64,000 nt of DNA, from contig NW_015163610.1 in the NCBI RefSeq assembly GCF_001447785.1, positions 261,288-325,287 on the forward strand, read 5' to 3'. Positions 12,171 to 25,671 of this stretch are shown one piece after another (the stretch's first letter is position 1; every line of letters begins with the position of its first letter). The translations under genes were made by a program, and so were the position numbers. Under the pieces are notes generated by a model. That model made no database searches, had not been told where the DNA came from, and saw only the letters and a program-made list of their open reading frames with translations. This DNA comes from Gekko japonicus. Taxonomy: Eukaryota.

Positions 12171-15100
12171 TATGTAAGGGGAACAAAATGTAGGTTGGTT
12201 GGTAGTTGGGGAGGAGTTAAGGAAGAAGAGAACGGTGAGAATATGTAGGCTTCCAGGAAGCGGGAAAGAGGAAATAGTGTGGAGAGCAGGATATGGGAGA
12301 AAGTGAGATGCTCCTCACAAGTCATGTTGGGTTCCCCATTGAGCAACTGGGTCTCTTGGTTGGCACTGGGCAACTAGGCCCAGTGTCTAGCCCCATGTGA
12401 CTGGGCCATAGTACTCCCAGGTAGAGGCTGCCAGTGGGAGGAAAAGAGGGAAAGCTGAAGGGGGGGGGGGAGATAAAGATGTGTTGGCTGGTGGGAAAGG
12501 AGAGAAGGAAGCAGGAAAAAGAAGAAAGGCTATTGGGGGCTTTCAAGGAACAGAAAGAGGGAAATGATATGCCCCCCCCCACTGCAAGTCCTTGCAGGTC
12601 CCCTGCTTTTATTAACCAATCTTAAAAATTGTGATTATACCACAATTATTTCTACCCTTAGAAAAAAAATGTTTCTAGTTTTCATAGTTACCGAAATTGC
12701 TTCAAAATACAACTTTCTACCCCACCCCCTGTGAAGTGATGATTTTAAACATAATTATTTGGTCTGTTAAGCTCTTGGATAATCCAGTTTATTTTTTATC
12801 ATAAAGCAGTGTCACAGATATGAGAATAATCAATTTCCTGTTTAATTTTTATCATTCTATTCTTGGAAGTTATAGGTATTTCAGAGCAGTTGAGATTAGT
12901 GGTTTCAGTGTGTTCTGAATACTAGCAACTATTAGAAACAATTAATGAATGTTTCAATTATTGCAATTGCCTGACTGTTACATCTTTGATCAAATACTGA
13001 ATCCCCCCCCCCCGACCCCAAGGTTTGGCTTTTTGTTTTCCAGCTACAGCTGAGCCCTTTGGCTACATTTCCATGAAACAGATCATGTTTTCAGTACTCA
13101 ATTTAAGACAGATCTTTGTTGGCCACAAAAGATGTGGTTTCTGATGTGTACTTGGTATAAACTACATTGCAGTATGATGTTCAGTCACTAGATGTCTCTG
13201 TGCACTCTGTGGAGTTAGACAGAGGGTGTGTCTTGCAGTAGACAAAGAAGAGAGAGGCAGAGTTCAAGGTGTATGGAAACCTTTATTTTGTTTACAGGTA
13301 AAGCTGCCTTAAATACAAAGAATCCTATCCTTTATACAGTGATCAGTCTTAGACCTGGACAGACTGCTGCCTCTCTAACCTGTACACAAATAGAATCACA
13401 TAAGTCTGCATGTTTTGTTTAATGAAAGATGGAAGATCTCATCTGGTCTATTCAATTATAAAATCATAATACCAAACAAGTGTAATTCTGTGCCTATCTA
13501 CATGTTTCCAAGATCTTCCAGTCTCCGGGGAACAAGGCAAGGCGTGAAAGTATAATCTTCTTAAAAGATTTATTTGTGTTTTGCAAAAAAGACTAAGGGC
13601 ATAAAGCTGACAAAAGGGCCCTATTCCAGGTCACACTCCGCAGTTCTTTCCATCTGTCTGTACTTTATCCTAATGTCAATTACCACACTGCCTCAGCATG
13701 CTGCTCACAGCCGTGCAATCACCCATTGCGGCATTTTTGCAGTTTAATCCAGTGCAAAAGGTTCTTCTAGTACCAGACAGAGAAAGCAAGACTGAAATTG
13801 TTCTCCCAGTGCAAAATTACTGCTTTCAAATATAAATCATATATGAAATACAACAGTTTTCTATAGACCCTTCCCAAATTGGTTTTTTGTTCTCTTGAAG
13901 TTGTAGAAGCTTTCCCTTCACTGGTAAAAAACTGAAAATCAAAAATATTTGGGGTTGATAACAAAAATTGGAAAAAATGTTAGTATTTCTTGGAAAGTCT
14001 TAGATGCGTTAGAAAAAATACTTTCAATGAGAGTTCAAAATTTAGTTGCTCTGTCGCATGCCTCCATGTTGAATGGTATATAGATTTAATCAAGCCTTTT
14101 TGCCTTACTGGGGAGAGGGATATGCTTAGTTTAGTTGATATAAATAGGATAAAAGATTCTACACTTGCAAATGTTGCTTAGGGCATGATTTTATTTCTTG
14201 TCTGACATCCTTTGGCACCAATTGCAAATGATAAATACAAGAGCCCTTTTCCAGCTTCCTTGAAAATACAGAGAACACAAATTGGTGCAAGACAGTGTGT
14301 TTGCTGTTGGTAAAGCCATGATGTGACCCATACACAGAGCTGCACTGATCTCCTGTATCTTTCCAACATGATTGTTTTGGAACAGCTGGCAGTGTTGTGG
14401 CTGACATACTCATCAGCTGTCTTTATTTACTAAGAACCATCCTATTTACCATCCCTATTTTTCCTGTACCAGTCCCTGTTAAATCACTGTCTATGATTTT
14501 GCCTCTACTTTTGTCCTTTGTTTGATACCTTAATCAAATTGTGTTGGTGTGAATTCCTACAGTTGTTGCCATTCACAGTTCAGCTCTCTCCCCTGGGTCC
14601 TTGGACGTAAGGATGAATCTCGTGTGTGATACACATCTATGCAAATTCACTTGTAGTGCAACAGCATGGATACTATAGGATTGACTACTGCAGTGACTGA
14701 GGTGTATTTTGAAGCTGAAAACATATTGTAGGACATGTGTATTTTCCCAAGTGTAGATTTAATGAAAAGAATCATTACCCTCTTGACTTCTAAATTATTG
14801 GAAGAGAGGTTGTTGGAGAAAAAGCAAATACAGCATGTAATAGACAGAGTACTATAGTAGCCACGTTTAATGGGGAGGGTGCTTGAGCAGTGATCCTTGG
14901 CATGAGGATAGGACTGCTGTAAAAATGCCCATTTCCATGTATTAATTGTTGGGCTGATCGGCTGCACTACGGTGTTGATAGTTAGTTGTGCCTTGTTCTC
15001 TCTAAAAATGCTGAACTATTTCCCAAGGGAGTCTTGTGCACAGATTTTCCTGGGCACTCAAGAAAATGTTTTGGTTATTGTCTGACTAAAGTTTAGTCAC

Positions 15101-16535
15101 AAGCAGCAAGAATGTGCAAACTGGGCACAGAACAATTAGAGTGTGGTGGCCTTTCCCCACTAAGCCATATTAAACACTGGGGATGTAAGAATTGGACTGA
15201 TTCAAAGTTGCATAAAGGAGCTATTTTCAACCGAAAAACCCAAAGGGTGTACTTACCGGGTGCTCTCATAAAACCAGAGTGTCCTTTAAACATCTGTTCA
15301 TGTTGGCAATATTCTACTTGCTCTCGTGGATTGTGTTTGTTGTTTGCCAGGACTTAGGAGTGAATCCAAAGGACTCACAGTCTGGGCTGTGAATCCTTAT
15401 CCTTCTAGCAGGGACCATGGCAGGACGCAGCAGTGACAGCAGATGGGCCACACCTCGGATAATTTTCCAGCCAAGAGCTTATACAGATGAATGCACCGTG
15501 TAACCTGTGCCCCAAAGAAGCTATTATTTCGTCTTGCTGACAAGCAGGGTCTTTTTTCCTGTTTGCCTTGGATTTGGGAATCATATGCACAAAATAAATG
15601 TTTAGCAAAGAGAACAATTATTGATTTCTTGAGATATTGCTCTCAGCTGCATTGCACCCCCCCAAGTAACTTCAGTGATCCTTTCATATGCTATTTCACC
15701 AAATCAGAAGCAAAGTTTCCATATAGTGTGCTTTGTTGACTCCCTTGCATGTCTACAGGCCAGCCTAGGAATATGAAATGGCAACGCTGATGTGCTAAAA
15801 TATTGGTATTGGTATTTGCCCTGTCACTCTGTCAGGCATATTTGAAGTACTGTCCTTTCTTCTGTACTAACTGAGAACTCCTGAGCTAGACTACTTGTCT
15901 AGCAATAATAAAAATAAATATTTGTGGGGTAAAAGGTCAAGCCTCCTGAAAGCGCAATGAAATGAAAGCTGCACTTGTATTGCTGTGCTTTAGATGTACA
16001 TGATTTGAAGGTGGCTTTTATTATTTGTAGATATTTTGAGCTGTTGGCCATCCTCCAGTGGTGGGGAACTACAAACTCTGACTTCATATTGTGCTGAATT
16101 GGCTCCTGCCATCTGATTCATTTTCTCTGTATTCACCAAGCTCATTTTGTGGTGACTAGAAAATATCAATTTCTGATATTAAAAATTGTTCCTTAGGATG
16201 GCCTGATTGCTGTAGTGTATGCACTGAACTTGGAGCATGGTATGTCATGGCGATTCATCAGGGTTCCTTAATCTTACAACATTCCTCAGCACACCACAAC
16301 ACACCATGGGACTGCTGTGTGTAATTGTTAATGGAAGCACATTGAAATTATTATTATTATTATTATTATTAAAAAAAACACTTTGAATTAAACACCAGCT
16401 TTGAATTTACTGTCCAAATGCATCACTGTCTTTCATAGAGGGTGTATTAGAAGGAACGTTCAGAGCTGCTGTTATCTATTGAAAAAAACATGCAATTGTA
16501 GTAAGTTTATGAACATTAAAAATCAGCTTTAAAAC

Positions 16536-17157
16536 TGTTCCAGAAAGGAATAACACAGGACCTTGGTCTGGGTATACCAGGGTGGATCTCGATAGGTGTA
16601 CCCCACAATAAAATTATGAAGAAAGAGAGTGAGAGAGTGATTGTAAATACAAAAAAAAAATAGCTTTGTTGTATAAAGAATAAACTGAAAGAAGTGAAAT
16701 GTAAAGAGTCTACAATAAGCACCTGAAAACTAATTCCCTAAGTAATCACACGCACACACACATGCACCAGCAAGAGGATACACTTGATTAAAAGGAAAAG
16801 GGAAGACATTGGGAAATTTTAGGGGAGGGTCACACAGCCTGGGATCCTGGGCTTGAGGTCTAGAGAAGTGCCTGCAACACAGTTGCAGGGGTGTTCAGGT
16901 AGTAATGGGAAACCTGGCACACTTTTCACTGACCTGGGATGGTCTTTTTATGGGGAATACTCCCATAGCTGGACATGGGAACCCACTTTCCCAGGAACCT
17001 GATCAGTCCAAGGTATAAAGTTTGAGTCTCAGTTGCTGGTTTAAAGTTAACTTCTGTCAAACTCTGGTAGGGAAAAGTGGGAAAATACTTTGATTAGGCC
17101 ATTGTGAGCCAAATATGCACGGACACAAAGAGCCTGGGTGTGGCACCCTGATTAACA
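16536..17157 (-). mobile_element. Possible solo LTR
   Basis: TGTT...AACA termini. On the minus strand a TATA-like cataaaa is followed by T-rich, U5-like sequence. No clean TSD. Confidence 0.45.
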
Positions 17158-17166
17158 TACTTTAAT

Positions 17167-17310
17167 TAGCAGAACAACGTTTGAGTCCAGTGGCCCCTTT
17201 AAGAGCAACAAAGTTTTATTCTGGCAAGTGTGCATGCACATGAAAGCTTATATCCTTATACTCAAACTTTGTTCTGCTGCTTCAGACTAACATGGCTACT
17301 CACCTGAATC
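17167..17310. mobile_element. Penelope-derived short element (inverted pLTR remnants)
   Basis: gagtccagtggcccctttaagagcaacaaagttttattc...gaaagctta...cagactaacatggctac. Confidence 0.55.
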
Positions 17311-17546
17311 TGTACTTTAATTAGGTTGAAGTGAGCCAGATCTGCATTGACACAAAAGTTTTGATGAGTCAAGATAGCTACTGAAACAGGATGGAGTGTA
17401 AAGACCTGAGTGCCCTTCTTGATTGAGTAAAAAAGGGGGAAAGAGGAATTGGGCACTGGCCAATGGAATAGCAACACCTCTGGGGTATGCTAGGATATTC
17501 CAATGTTGAAAAGTCTTTTGTTATTGAGAATGAAGTAAAGTCTTAT

Positions 17547-17959
17547 TGTTACTGAGAACCCTGATCTGGGGGAGATTGCACTTAATCAGTTTGTGCTGCT
17601 GTCGCACCCTACCTCTTTCCTGGGCCTTCATGGCTATACCCGGGTGCCTTTATGAGACTCTCCAGGTTTCAGGTCCCCTTGGCACTTAGTTGTTTTAATA
17701 GGTGCTCCCTTTTACAGCCTAAGTCCAAAATAAGATGGAGACTAACTAACCAAGGGGGTCTCGGCTGGAGGACGGGGCAGGGTCCTTACTCCATTGTACA
17801 TGATAGGAATTTTCCCAGGGTAAGCATACATAGGATCAGGCTACAGATACAAGGTAGGCCTAAACTTTGGGGAATTTCAGACAGCCGATATGTTCCATTT
17901 CAGGAACTGTTCACTAATGACATTTCAGACAGAACCATTTTAGTAACGGTTCCCTAACA
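17547..17959. mobile_element. Possible solo LTR
   Basis: Short inverted TG...CA termini, tgttactgagaacc and ggttccctaaca. No clean TSD. Confidence 0.35.
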
Positions 17960-17968
17960 CAATATATT

Positions 17969-18589
17969 GACCCTTTCAGACACAAATGTTCCTGTCCCGT
18001 TAGGGAAGCATTCCTGAGCCGTTTTACCTGCAAACTGCTTCCAAGCGGTCTTCAATTTTCTATACCATTCCTGAAGTGCTATGGGGCGCTGTATAAAATG
18101 CCCCCATAGTGCTTCCTCTAATTACAAGGTTTTCCCACCCTTTTTTGCCTGTGCAGGCGATCTGTCTTTTTTTTTTTTTAATGTTCTTTTAAGAGCGCTA
18201 TAGTGCTATAACACAACACCAAAACAGCACAATAGTGACCCCATTGGAATGCCTGGGCCACTGAGATACATGAGATCACTACATCTGGGGAGAACAGGGA
18301 TTTCAATGGAGGGATTTACTGTGCGTTTCCGAGCTTCCACTTCCTATTTTTAAATCCCCCAATGTCATGTATCTCAATGGAGTCAAGGTATTCCAATGGG
18401 ATCGCTATTGTGCTGTTTTGGTGTTGTGTTATAGCACTATAGCGCTCTTAAAAGAACATTAAAAAAAACAAGACAAAGATCGCCTGCGTGGGCGAAAAAG
18501 GGTGGGAAATCAAAGCAGCGCAGTCTGAAATGCCAAACCGCTTCAGAGACAGCTCCTTACCGGTAGGGGAAAGGCTGTGTGAAATGGCC
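17969..18589. mobile_element. Harbinger-type MITE with a long internal inverted repeat
   Basis: Ends gaccctttcagac / gtgtgaaatggcc. The internal arms 18131-18273 and 18365-18509 are reverse complements. Confidence 0.65.
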
Positions 18590-20806
18590 ACCCCTGTACC
18601 AGTTTACTCCAAGATGGTACAATAGTGGCTTAAAAAGGGTAATCTGAAATTCCCCATTGTAATGTTCATTCAATGTGCAGCATGATGCTTGGAGGAAGTA
18701 CTAAAAACAGAACCAAGCTAAAATACCTACTGCTTATTATTTCCTTTGAAGAGGAGTGGAGTGGAATGTTGTGGCACATCCTCCATGATGTGCACATCAT
18801 CACATTGCTCCTTGGGAATTGTTAGTTTCATGTTTTTGCACATGCACACTGGGAATTGTGGCTCAGTTGCAGAAGTACATGAAGCACAGTGTGTTAACAT
18901 TCCACTGTGATTGGCTACATGTCTTCTCTTTGGATTAAAGTTTCTAAAAGTTCCTGGCTGCTTAGTTTCACTTACTTCCATCCATTTTTTGGCAATCAAG
19001 AAATATTTCACAATACTTGACCTTCACCAATGTCAATTTCTTTTACCAGCCTTCAGCTATAATTCCATGGATGCTGCCAGCAAAGCAGAACTCCCTCCTA
19101 ATATAGCTGCTGTGTCGCCCACGATTACAAACAGTGGAAATCCATATTCCAGTTCATTATGGGATTCATGGCCATCACTAATTTATGCCTTTGACCCAGG
19201 ATCTCTCAAACTTTGTAATCGGTAATCTTCTAGCCTGCCTAAGTGTAATTAATAGTTCATTTATGTAATTTATGTATTTGCATATGGTGAGATGAAAAAC
19301 AGGTGACTGCTCTATTGTTCCATCACTGATGGAACAAGGAATGGGGTATAGTACAAGATGGTTTGGGGTGGGCTTATAGGTGGATCCTATGTCCATTGAC
19401 AACAACATATGCATACATTGAAGGGAAGGCTCACATTTCTCTGAGCACTTGCCCAGGTGTGTATCTGATTAGCATCTTCTAGCTTTTTCAGTTCAGTACT
19501 GTAAAGTACACTGACAGTTTGAGATGCCTTTTCCCCGAGGCCTCCCCTTCTCCATCAGTCACTGCAGCAAGCCAGCCATGTGAGTACTGTTTTTAGTCAA
19601 CCGCCTAGACCAGTGAGGGCTGTGTAGGGCAGCCAGAGTGGACTGGGGCATCCAGCACATGAGAACTGAGGCGATGGGAATTGCTGGATCACCCAGTCCC
19701 TAAAAGCATAACAGCCAAACTCTAGAGAGACTCTTTACATAAGCACTACTATAGAATATGAAGGTAATTAAACCCTTTCATGCTTCAGCTTGTTCTGCAC
19801 TGATCTGCAAGAAACTAATGTGTAGGGCAAGGCATCTTGGGGTTAACAAATATGTAAGTCTTGCTCTGCTTTAATGCTGAGGGAGCAGAGCAGAGTTGGC
19901 AGGTTTGGTTTGTCACATGGGCTGTGAGGACTGCCTTGGAGGCACTCCTGTTTCATGGCAAGAGTGGAATCCACCTTGCGTAGTAAGTTGGAACATTCAT
20001 CCCTCCCTTTTCTGCAGACTCCCAAGAGGTACGCACACACTCTGACATCTGTTCAGAGTCATTGTCAACCTGAGCAGCTGAGATGAGCCACTTAATAAGC
20101 CTTGGGGAATTGTCACTAAAAATTCCTGGTATATGAAGACTGAGAAAATGGGCCTAATTCCAACTATTGGGGGAAAATAGGTCTGCATTGTTTAGTTCTT
20201 TCTCCCCGTCCTCCCCCACCCTAGAACAAAAGCAGCGGATATCATGGGTCTATTAGACCCGAGCACTTCATGCTGACAACCAAACTCAGGGGGCACTTTG
20301 GGAGCCATTAATACCAGCTTTTATCGGCACTTAGCTGTTCACTCAGAGTCCCTAAGTGAAAGGCAAAGGCAGAGCACAATCTTCCTCAGAGGTATTTCAA
20401 GTTCCTAGGAGACCAGGAGTATAATTTTGGGTCACAGTGACCAGGGTCATTACCACGGTGGCCCTGGAAGGAGAATGGTTCTGTTTTGGCATTTCCCACA
20501 ATTCTTCGTATATTCTGTATTTTTTGCTACCTGTAAAGGAGGCTGTTTTTTAGATTTTATTGCACAAGCACTCTTGGTAATTTTTTGCTTTCTCAGAATT
20601 TCATAGCTTGCAGATCCTGCTAGGGAGGAATCTGAAAAGTGCTATGCTTGCTTTTGAAGCAAATAATACCCTGCAACACTCCAAAATGGCAAACAAGGAA
20701 AGGATTGCAAAGGTTTCTGTATAGGGATCTTCAGCAAGCCAGGATAGTGTTACCTGTTCATACGGTCACATAAACTAATGTCTGCAATCAATGCCATTGT
20801 AAGAAA

Positions 20807-21005
20807 GGGCTGTGGCTCCATGGAAGAACCTCTGCTTTGCATGCAGGAGGTTCCAGGTTCCGTTCCCATCATCTCTAGTTAAAAGGATCAGGATGTGAAA
20901 TACGGTACCTCTGCCTGAGACCCTGGAGAGCTACTGTCAGCCTGAGTAGGCAATACTAGCCTTGATGGACCAATGTTCTGATTCAGTATAAGGCAGCTTC
21001 ATGTG
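20807..21005 (+). mobile_element. tRNA-derived SINE with a CR1-like tail (Squam2/Anolis SINE2-like)
   Basis: tRNA head gggctgtggctc...ctgctttgcatgcaggaggttccaggttc and 3' end gatggaccaatgttctgattcagtataaggcagcttc. Confidence 0.7.
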
Positions 21006-21365
21006 TGTGCACCATTCGTTTCTGACTCACGGCCGTTGTCCTGTGGATTCTAATGTGAGAACAGGGCCTGAGTGGCAAAAAATGGGTAGCCTAGGCAACA
21101 TTAGGTAAATTATCACTAGAAGGAGACACTGAATTGAACTGAAAATCAAGGTTCACTTACTGCTAAATGGAAAATGAGAAATACAATCCAGGGAGCATTT
21201 CACACACTGCTTGCTGTGACGCAAGATTCATTGTCCTTTGCCTTGGAACTTACTGTGTTATCTTGGGTTTTGGAGTCAGCTTACCTTTAAAATTCATCAG
21301 CCACTTTGTATGGGTTGAAATTTAATTTGCCGTAGAAAGGTTTTATTTTCAGTGTTTCAGTGCAC

Positions 21366-21845
21366 TGTTTGCAAACTCATTTCATGGAATCTAAGCGATG
21401 TATGCCACCAGGAGGGCTGTAAGTGCCCAATCTGATGAAGTCACGTTAGCTGTATTAGCACGGAGAGAGGTAGGTGGCGAAAACATAACCCTGAAACCAA
21501 GAAGAGGGAGAGAGCCCTCTGGGCCTGAAATGGCTCCCTCACCTATAAGCCGCCATTCTCACCGTTTAGTGTTGAAAAACTAGTTGTGGGAGAGAGCATG
21601 TTCTGTTGGCCTTTTTGTCTACTGGAGCTCACCCTTCATTATATTCAAAGTTCTCCTCTCCAATTGTGGGACAAAATGTAGAGTTTTGTTTATTAATTGG
21701 TCAGTCTTTTCTGAGAGTTTTTGTAAATTGTTCTTACTCTGTGTTAGATAAAATCCCTATTAAAAGTTTCCTTAGATCCACTTTGCACCATACCCATCAG
21801 TGATGGGCTGCAGCAAAACGAGTGTCCCCCCTGGTGTTAGGGACA
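21366..21845 (+). mobile_element. Possible solo LTR (left boundary uncertain)
   Basis: TATA-like ctataag, ATTAAA near 21759, ends in gggaca. No TSD. Confidence 0.3.
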
Positions 21846-21885
21846 ATGTGTATAAAGTACATGTGGGGAATGTGAGACAGGATGG

Positions 21886-22104
21886 TAGGGTTGCCAGCTC
21901 TGGGTTGGGAAATACCTGGAGATTTTGGGGGTGGAGCCTGAGAAGGGCAGGGGTTCGGGAGGTGATGGACTTTAGTGGGATATAATACCAGAGAGTCCAC
22001 CTTCCAAAGTGGCCATTTTCTCCAGGTGAATTGATCTCTGTTGCCCGGAGATCAGTTGTAATCCCAGAAGCTCTCCAGCCACTACCTGGAGGCTGGCAGC
22101 CCTA
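21886..22104 (-). mobile_element. hAT-type MITE, family A
   Basis: tagggttgcca...tggcagcccta, the reverse-complement homologue of 1080-1296. Confidence 0.8.
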
Positions 22105-22490
22105 TGTGACGGATGTGTGCTAGGAAAATGTGGTTAGCTGTGGTTCCCTAGTGCGTGTGTGTTGAATGTTTGGAGATATGTCTCCTTCACAGTTTATATA
22201 CTTACGGCAAACATTAACACTGTGTGAAGCAATGTTCAGCTTTCCTGTTGGAAATGCAAAAAGAAATGGCAGGGAACAAGGGATGGTCTTATTCATTCTC
22301 ATTGCAACACAGGTAAGAAGTTTCAAATGATGCACTGCAGAGCAGAAGGGAGATTTTGTTTTCCAACACAGCTGGATTTTTGACTCTATGGGGCCAGTAA
22401 ACTGAAAACAAGTGTGATGCTGCTGTAGTCTGATTCAAGTAAGAACAAGCTGGCAATGATCTTGTTTTTCCTCTCTCTCTAAAGCTTGCA

Positions 22491-22637
22491 NNNNNNNNNN
22501 NNNNNNNNNNNNNNNNNNNNNNNNNNNNNNNNNNNNNNNNNNNNNNNNNNNNNNNNNNNNNNNNNNNNNNNNNNNNNNNNNNNNNNNNNNNNNNNNNNNN
22601 NNNNNNNNNNNNNNNNNNNNNNNNNNNNNNNNNNNNN
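22491..22637. other. Assembly gap
   Basis: Run of N. Confidence 1.
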
Positions 22638-23332
22638 GTATTATCTGCTGTTTTTGGAGGGATCTAACCAGATGTGATTCTTATGGAAAACCCTTGAGAC
22701 TCAAAATGACAGTGGGCGATTCTGCACTGGCTTTTCCTTCCGTTATTTTAGCAAACCCATGTTGGAACAGAAATTCCACTCTGCATTGCATGCTGCTTTC
22801 ACTTGCTTTGATCATCGGATTTTATGGTGCCCTCCACACTGCATGCCACTGTTGCTTTCTTTGATCATTGGATTTGATGGTACCTTCTGGTTAGATTTAT
22901 GGCTGTTCAGAGGTGACTTTGCAATCAGTCCGGCATTGGCCCAGGGTGTTTGAATGTGGTTTTGAGCTGCACCATTTCCTCCCAGTTGAGAAAATGTGGA
23001 GCCAATGCTAGATGCAGAAACGTCCAGTAACACACTGTAGAAATGCTACTTATTTTCAGCAGTACAGGGCTAGCAATAGTCTGGAACTAATGCGGTATTT
23101 TAAGGTTTTCCCTTCTAGTTTCTATACACCACAGCTTTTTAGCACCATTGAAGGCATGTGTGACCATTCTTACGTATCGGGATAGAAAACTCATGTGCAA
23201 GGGGGAGTATGGACTCTGTTAGAGTTCACCAAAACATAGTTCTGATTTGAAACAGCCTTCTCCTTTTGCTGAGCTGAATGGGGGGGGGTACATCCTGAGG
23301 ATAATTACTGGGATGGCAGTATGAGAAGAGCT

Positions 23333-23510
23333 ACTGTGATATAACAGTTGGAGTATCAGACTTAGGACTGGGGAGATGCAGGTTCCAGTCCCCACTCTGC
23401 CCTGAAGCTCACTGCGTGACCTTGGGCTGTCTCTTGGGTTCTCTCTGTCTCTTTCAGCCTGACCTACCTCACAGGGTTGAGCTCCTTGGGAGATGGGTAG
23501 AATAAAAATG
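23333..23510 (+). mobile_element. tRNA-derived SINE (old Squam3-like)
   Basis: ggttccagtcccc B box, gtgaccttgggc and cctacctcacagggttg. Confidence 0.65.
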
Positions 23511-23799
23511 TGATAGATACGTCCTTGGAAGTTTGTTCTTATCCAGTCTCCCATTCCCTGGTAAAAACAGCATGGGCTGCTGTACTCCCTTAACATAGCA
23601 ATGGGCAATACAGGCTCATGTCATTATGCTTACCTTTGTCATTTCCCCTAACAGTGAGTCCCATTCTCTTCAGTATACTCTGTAAATATGAACTCTTCCT
23701 CCCTTGAGCTTGGGTCTCCAAAGGTTTTCAACCTTCAGTGAGCAAAACAGGGGAAACATAATATAACTGCCCCCTGATCTATTTAACCATTCTCAAAGA

Positions 23800-24203
23800 C
23801 AGGGGTCATTTCCTGCAGGAGTGCACAGGAGCAGAGCTCCGGCAGTAAAGAGCCCAGGGGGAAGGCACATGCAACAAGCCCCCACCCCCTGCTCCCAGCA
23901 GCCCTCAGTCACAGCAAGAAGCAGCCAGGTAAGTTGCAGAGCCCCCCCCCCGGTCCAAAACAGTCCAGTGGCACCTTTAAGACCAAGTTTTATTCAGGTA
24001 CAAGCTCGCTCTCCTCTGCAAGATCTGTATGTTTCTCCCCCCCATAGCTAGCAATCCAAAACAGTTCAGTGGAGCCTGAGTGGTGGGTGTTGCCTTCTGA
24101 CACACTTCCAGTGATGTCAGGGGGCGTGGCTTATGCAAATAAGTTATGCTAATGAGTTATGCTAATGCGCTCCTGCGGCTCTTTTTCTACGAAATGACCC
24201 CTG
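23800..24203. mobile_element. hAT-type non-autonomous element, family C, short copy
   Basis: Perfect 13-bp TIR CAGGGGTCATTTC / GAAATGACCCCTG and 8-bp TSD ctcaaaga/ctcaaaaa. Confidence 0.85.
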
Positions 24204-24216
24204 CTCAAAAATATAT

Positions 24217-24670
24217 GGTTGAGGTCACATGTGCCAGAAAAAATGGGGGGGAGGGAGTGAGGCTATTTCTTCCAGAGGAATTTGACCTGCAGTGCATGAT
24301 CACACCTTCCTTTGAAGCTGCGCTTAAACAAGGGATCGATGAATTGCACCTCTGCACCGAGGGTTCCCTATGGAGTTTGCGATGATGCACATACTGCGAA
24401 GGGGGGGAAAACCAATGGCCTGATCAGACCATCCTGACACCATGAGAGCATGCTGGAGCAATCAGACACGGGAAAGTCCGTCTGTGGCCGGTTGCAACCC
24501 ATTTACTATCGGGGTTTCCGCAGTGTCTTTTAACTCTGCTTCTGCAGCGGAGCAGAATGGGTTGCTGACAGCTGCGGGGCGCTTCCCAGATGTTGTTATC
24601 TGATCACGCCCTTTAAATCCACCTGGCATTCGCACCTATGTTGGGTCTAATTGTGTGTATGATCACAACC
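24217..24670. mobile_element. PIF/Harbinger-type element, internally deleted relative to 4728-5376
   Basis: ggttgaggtcaca...tgatcacaacc with a shared body. Confidence 0.7.
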
Positions 24671-25316
24671 ATATCTGAGCTTTGTCTCATTGAATTTTAG
24701 TTGCCCTGGTTGGTTTTCCATTCCCTACTTCTTCAGTACTGGTTGAGGTGTTCTTTGTTTCTAATTCATTTAGCTTCCCTGTATAAGCTGTCTCCTCATC
24801 TGCATTTTTTGCCATGTTACTCTCTCACACACACCCCTCCCCAAATACTTCCCCCACTGTCTTTACTGTCTTTGTCAGCCATTCTCATTTGTCTTTCTCC
24901 CTAGTCTGTCTTTGGTTCACTCCCAAGGCCAGATTCATGAAAGGGATAAGGGACAACATTTCCCGTTGGTAGAATTTTAATGACAGGGTGGCCACGTTCC
25001 TAGCCAATATCTCTTTTCCCCATTTGATTTCCTGCATTTATGGTGTGCAGGCAGATGGAAACAATACTATGGTTAATAGTTATAGAGTGACAGTTTGCGT
25101 TTGCTTTAGGAAAGATGGACATTCTGTAATTGCCAAGGGAACAATTTGCTATCAGTCGAAAGGCGAGAGTTATGTCTTTGCTTCAGGATGCCAAGCATAA
25201 AATTCAAGCCTTATTTCCTGAATTTTCCTTTTTGTGACTGTTTTTCTTTTCCATTTAAGTTCCATTTTGATGTGCTTTTGAGTACTCCATTCTTTTGAAA
25301 CTTCCAAACCTCTTTT

Positions 25317-25670
25317 GAGAGGAGAGGAGGCGACTGAGAGGTGATATGATAACCATCTTCAAGTGCTTGAAGGGCTGTCATATAAGAGGATGGTGCAGAG
25401 ATGTTTTCTGTTGCCCCAGAGGGTCGGACCAGAACCAATGGGTTGAAATTAAATCAGAAGAGTTTTCAGCTAAACATTAGGAAGAATTTCCTGACAAAGT
25501 GGTTCCTCAGTGGAACAGGTTTCCTCGGGAGGTGGTGGCCTCTCCTTCTTTGGAGGTTTTTAAATGGAGGCTAGATGGGCATCTGTCAGCAATGCTGATT
25601 CTGTGAACTTAGGCAGATCATGAGAGGGAGGGCAGGAAGGGTTGCCTCAGTGCTTAGTTCTTGTGGCCTT
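25317..25670 (+). mobile_element. CR1 LINE 3' fragment (ORF2 end plus 3'UTR)
   Basis: RRRLRGDMITIFKCLKGCH...FSVAPEGRTRTNGLKLNQKSFQLNIRKNFLT. Confidence 0.9.
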
Positions 25671-25671
25671 T

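Noticed and set aside
12171-12610. Purine-rich repeat ending gtccttgcaggtccc, with a related end at about 26507-26530; possibly Helitron-like
   Set aside because: I could not establish the termini or the diagnostic hairpin by eye.
20807-20880. tRNA-like sequences here and at the Squam3/Sauria heads
   Set aside because: They are SINE heads continuing into SINE bodies, with no intact cloverleaf.
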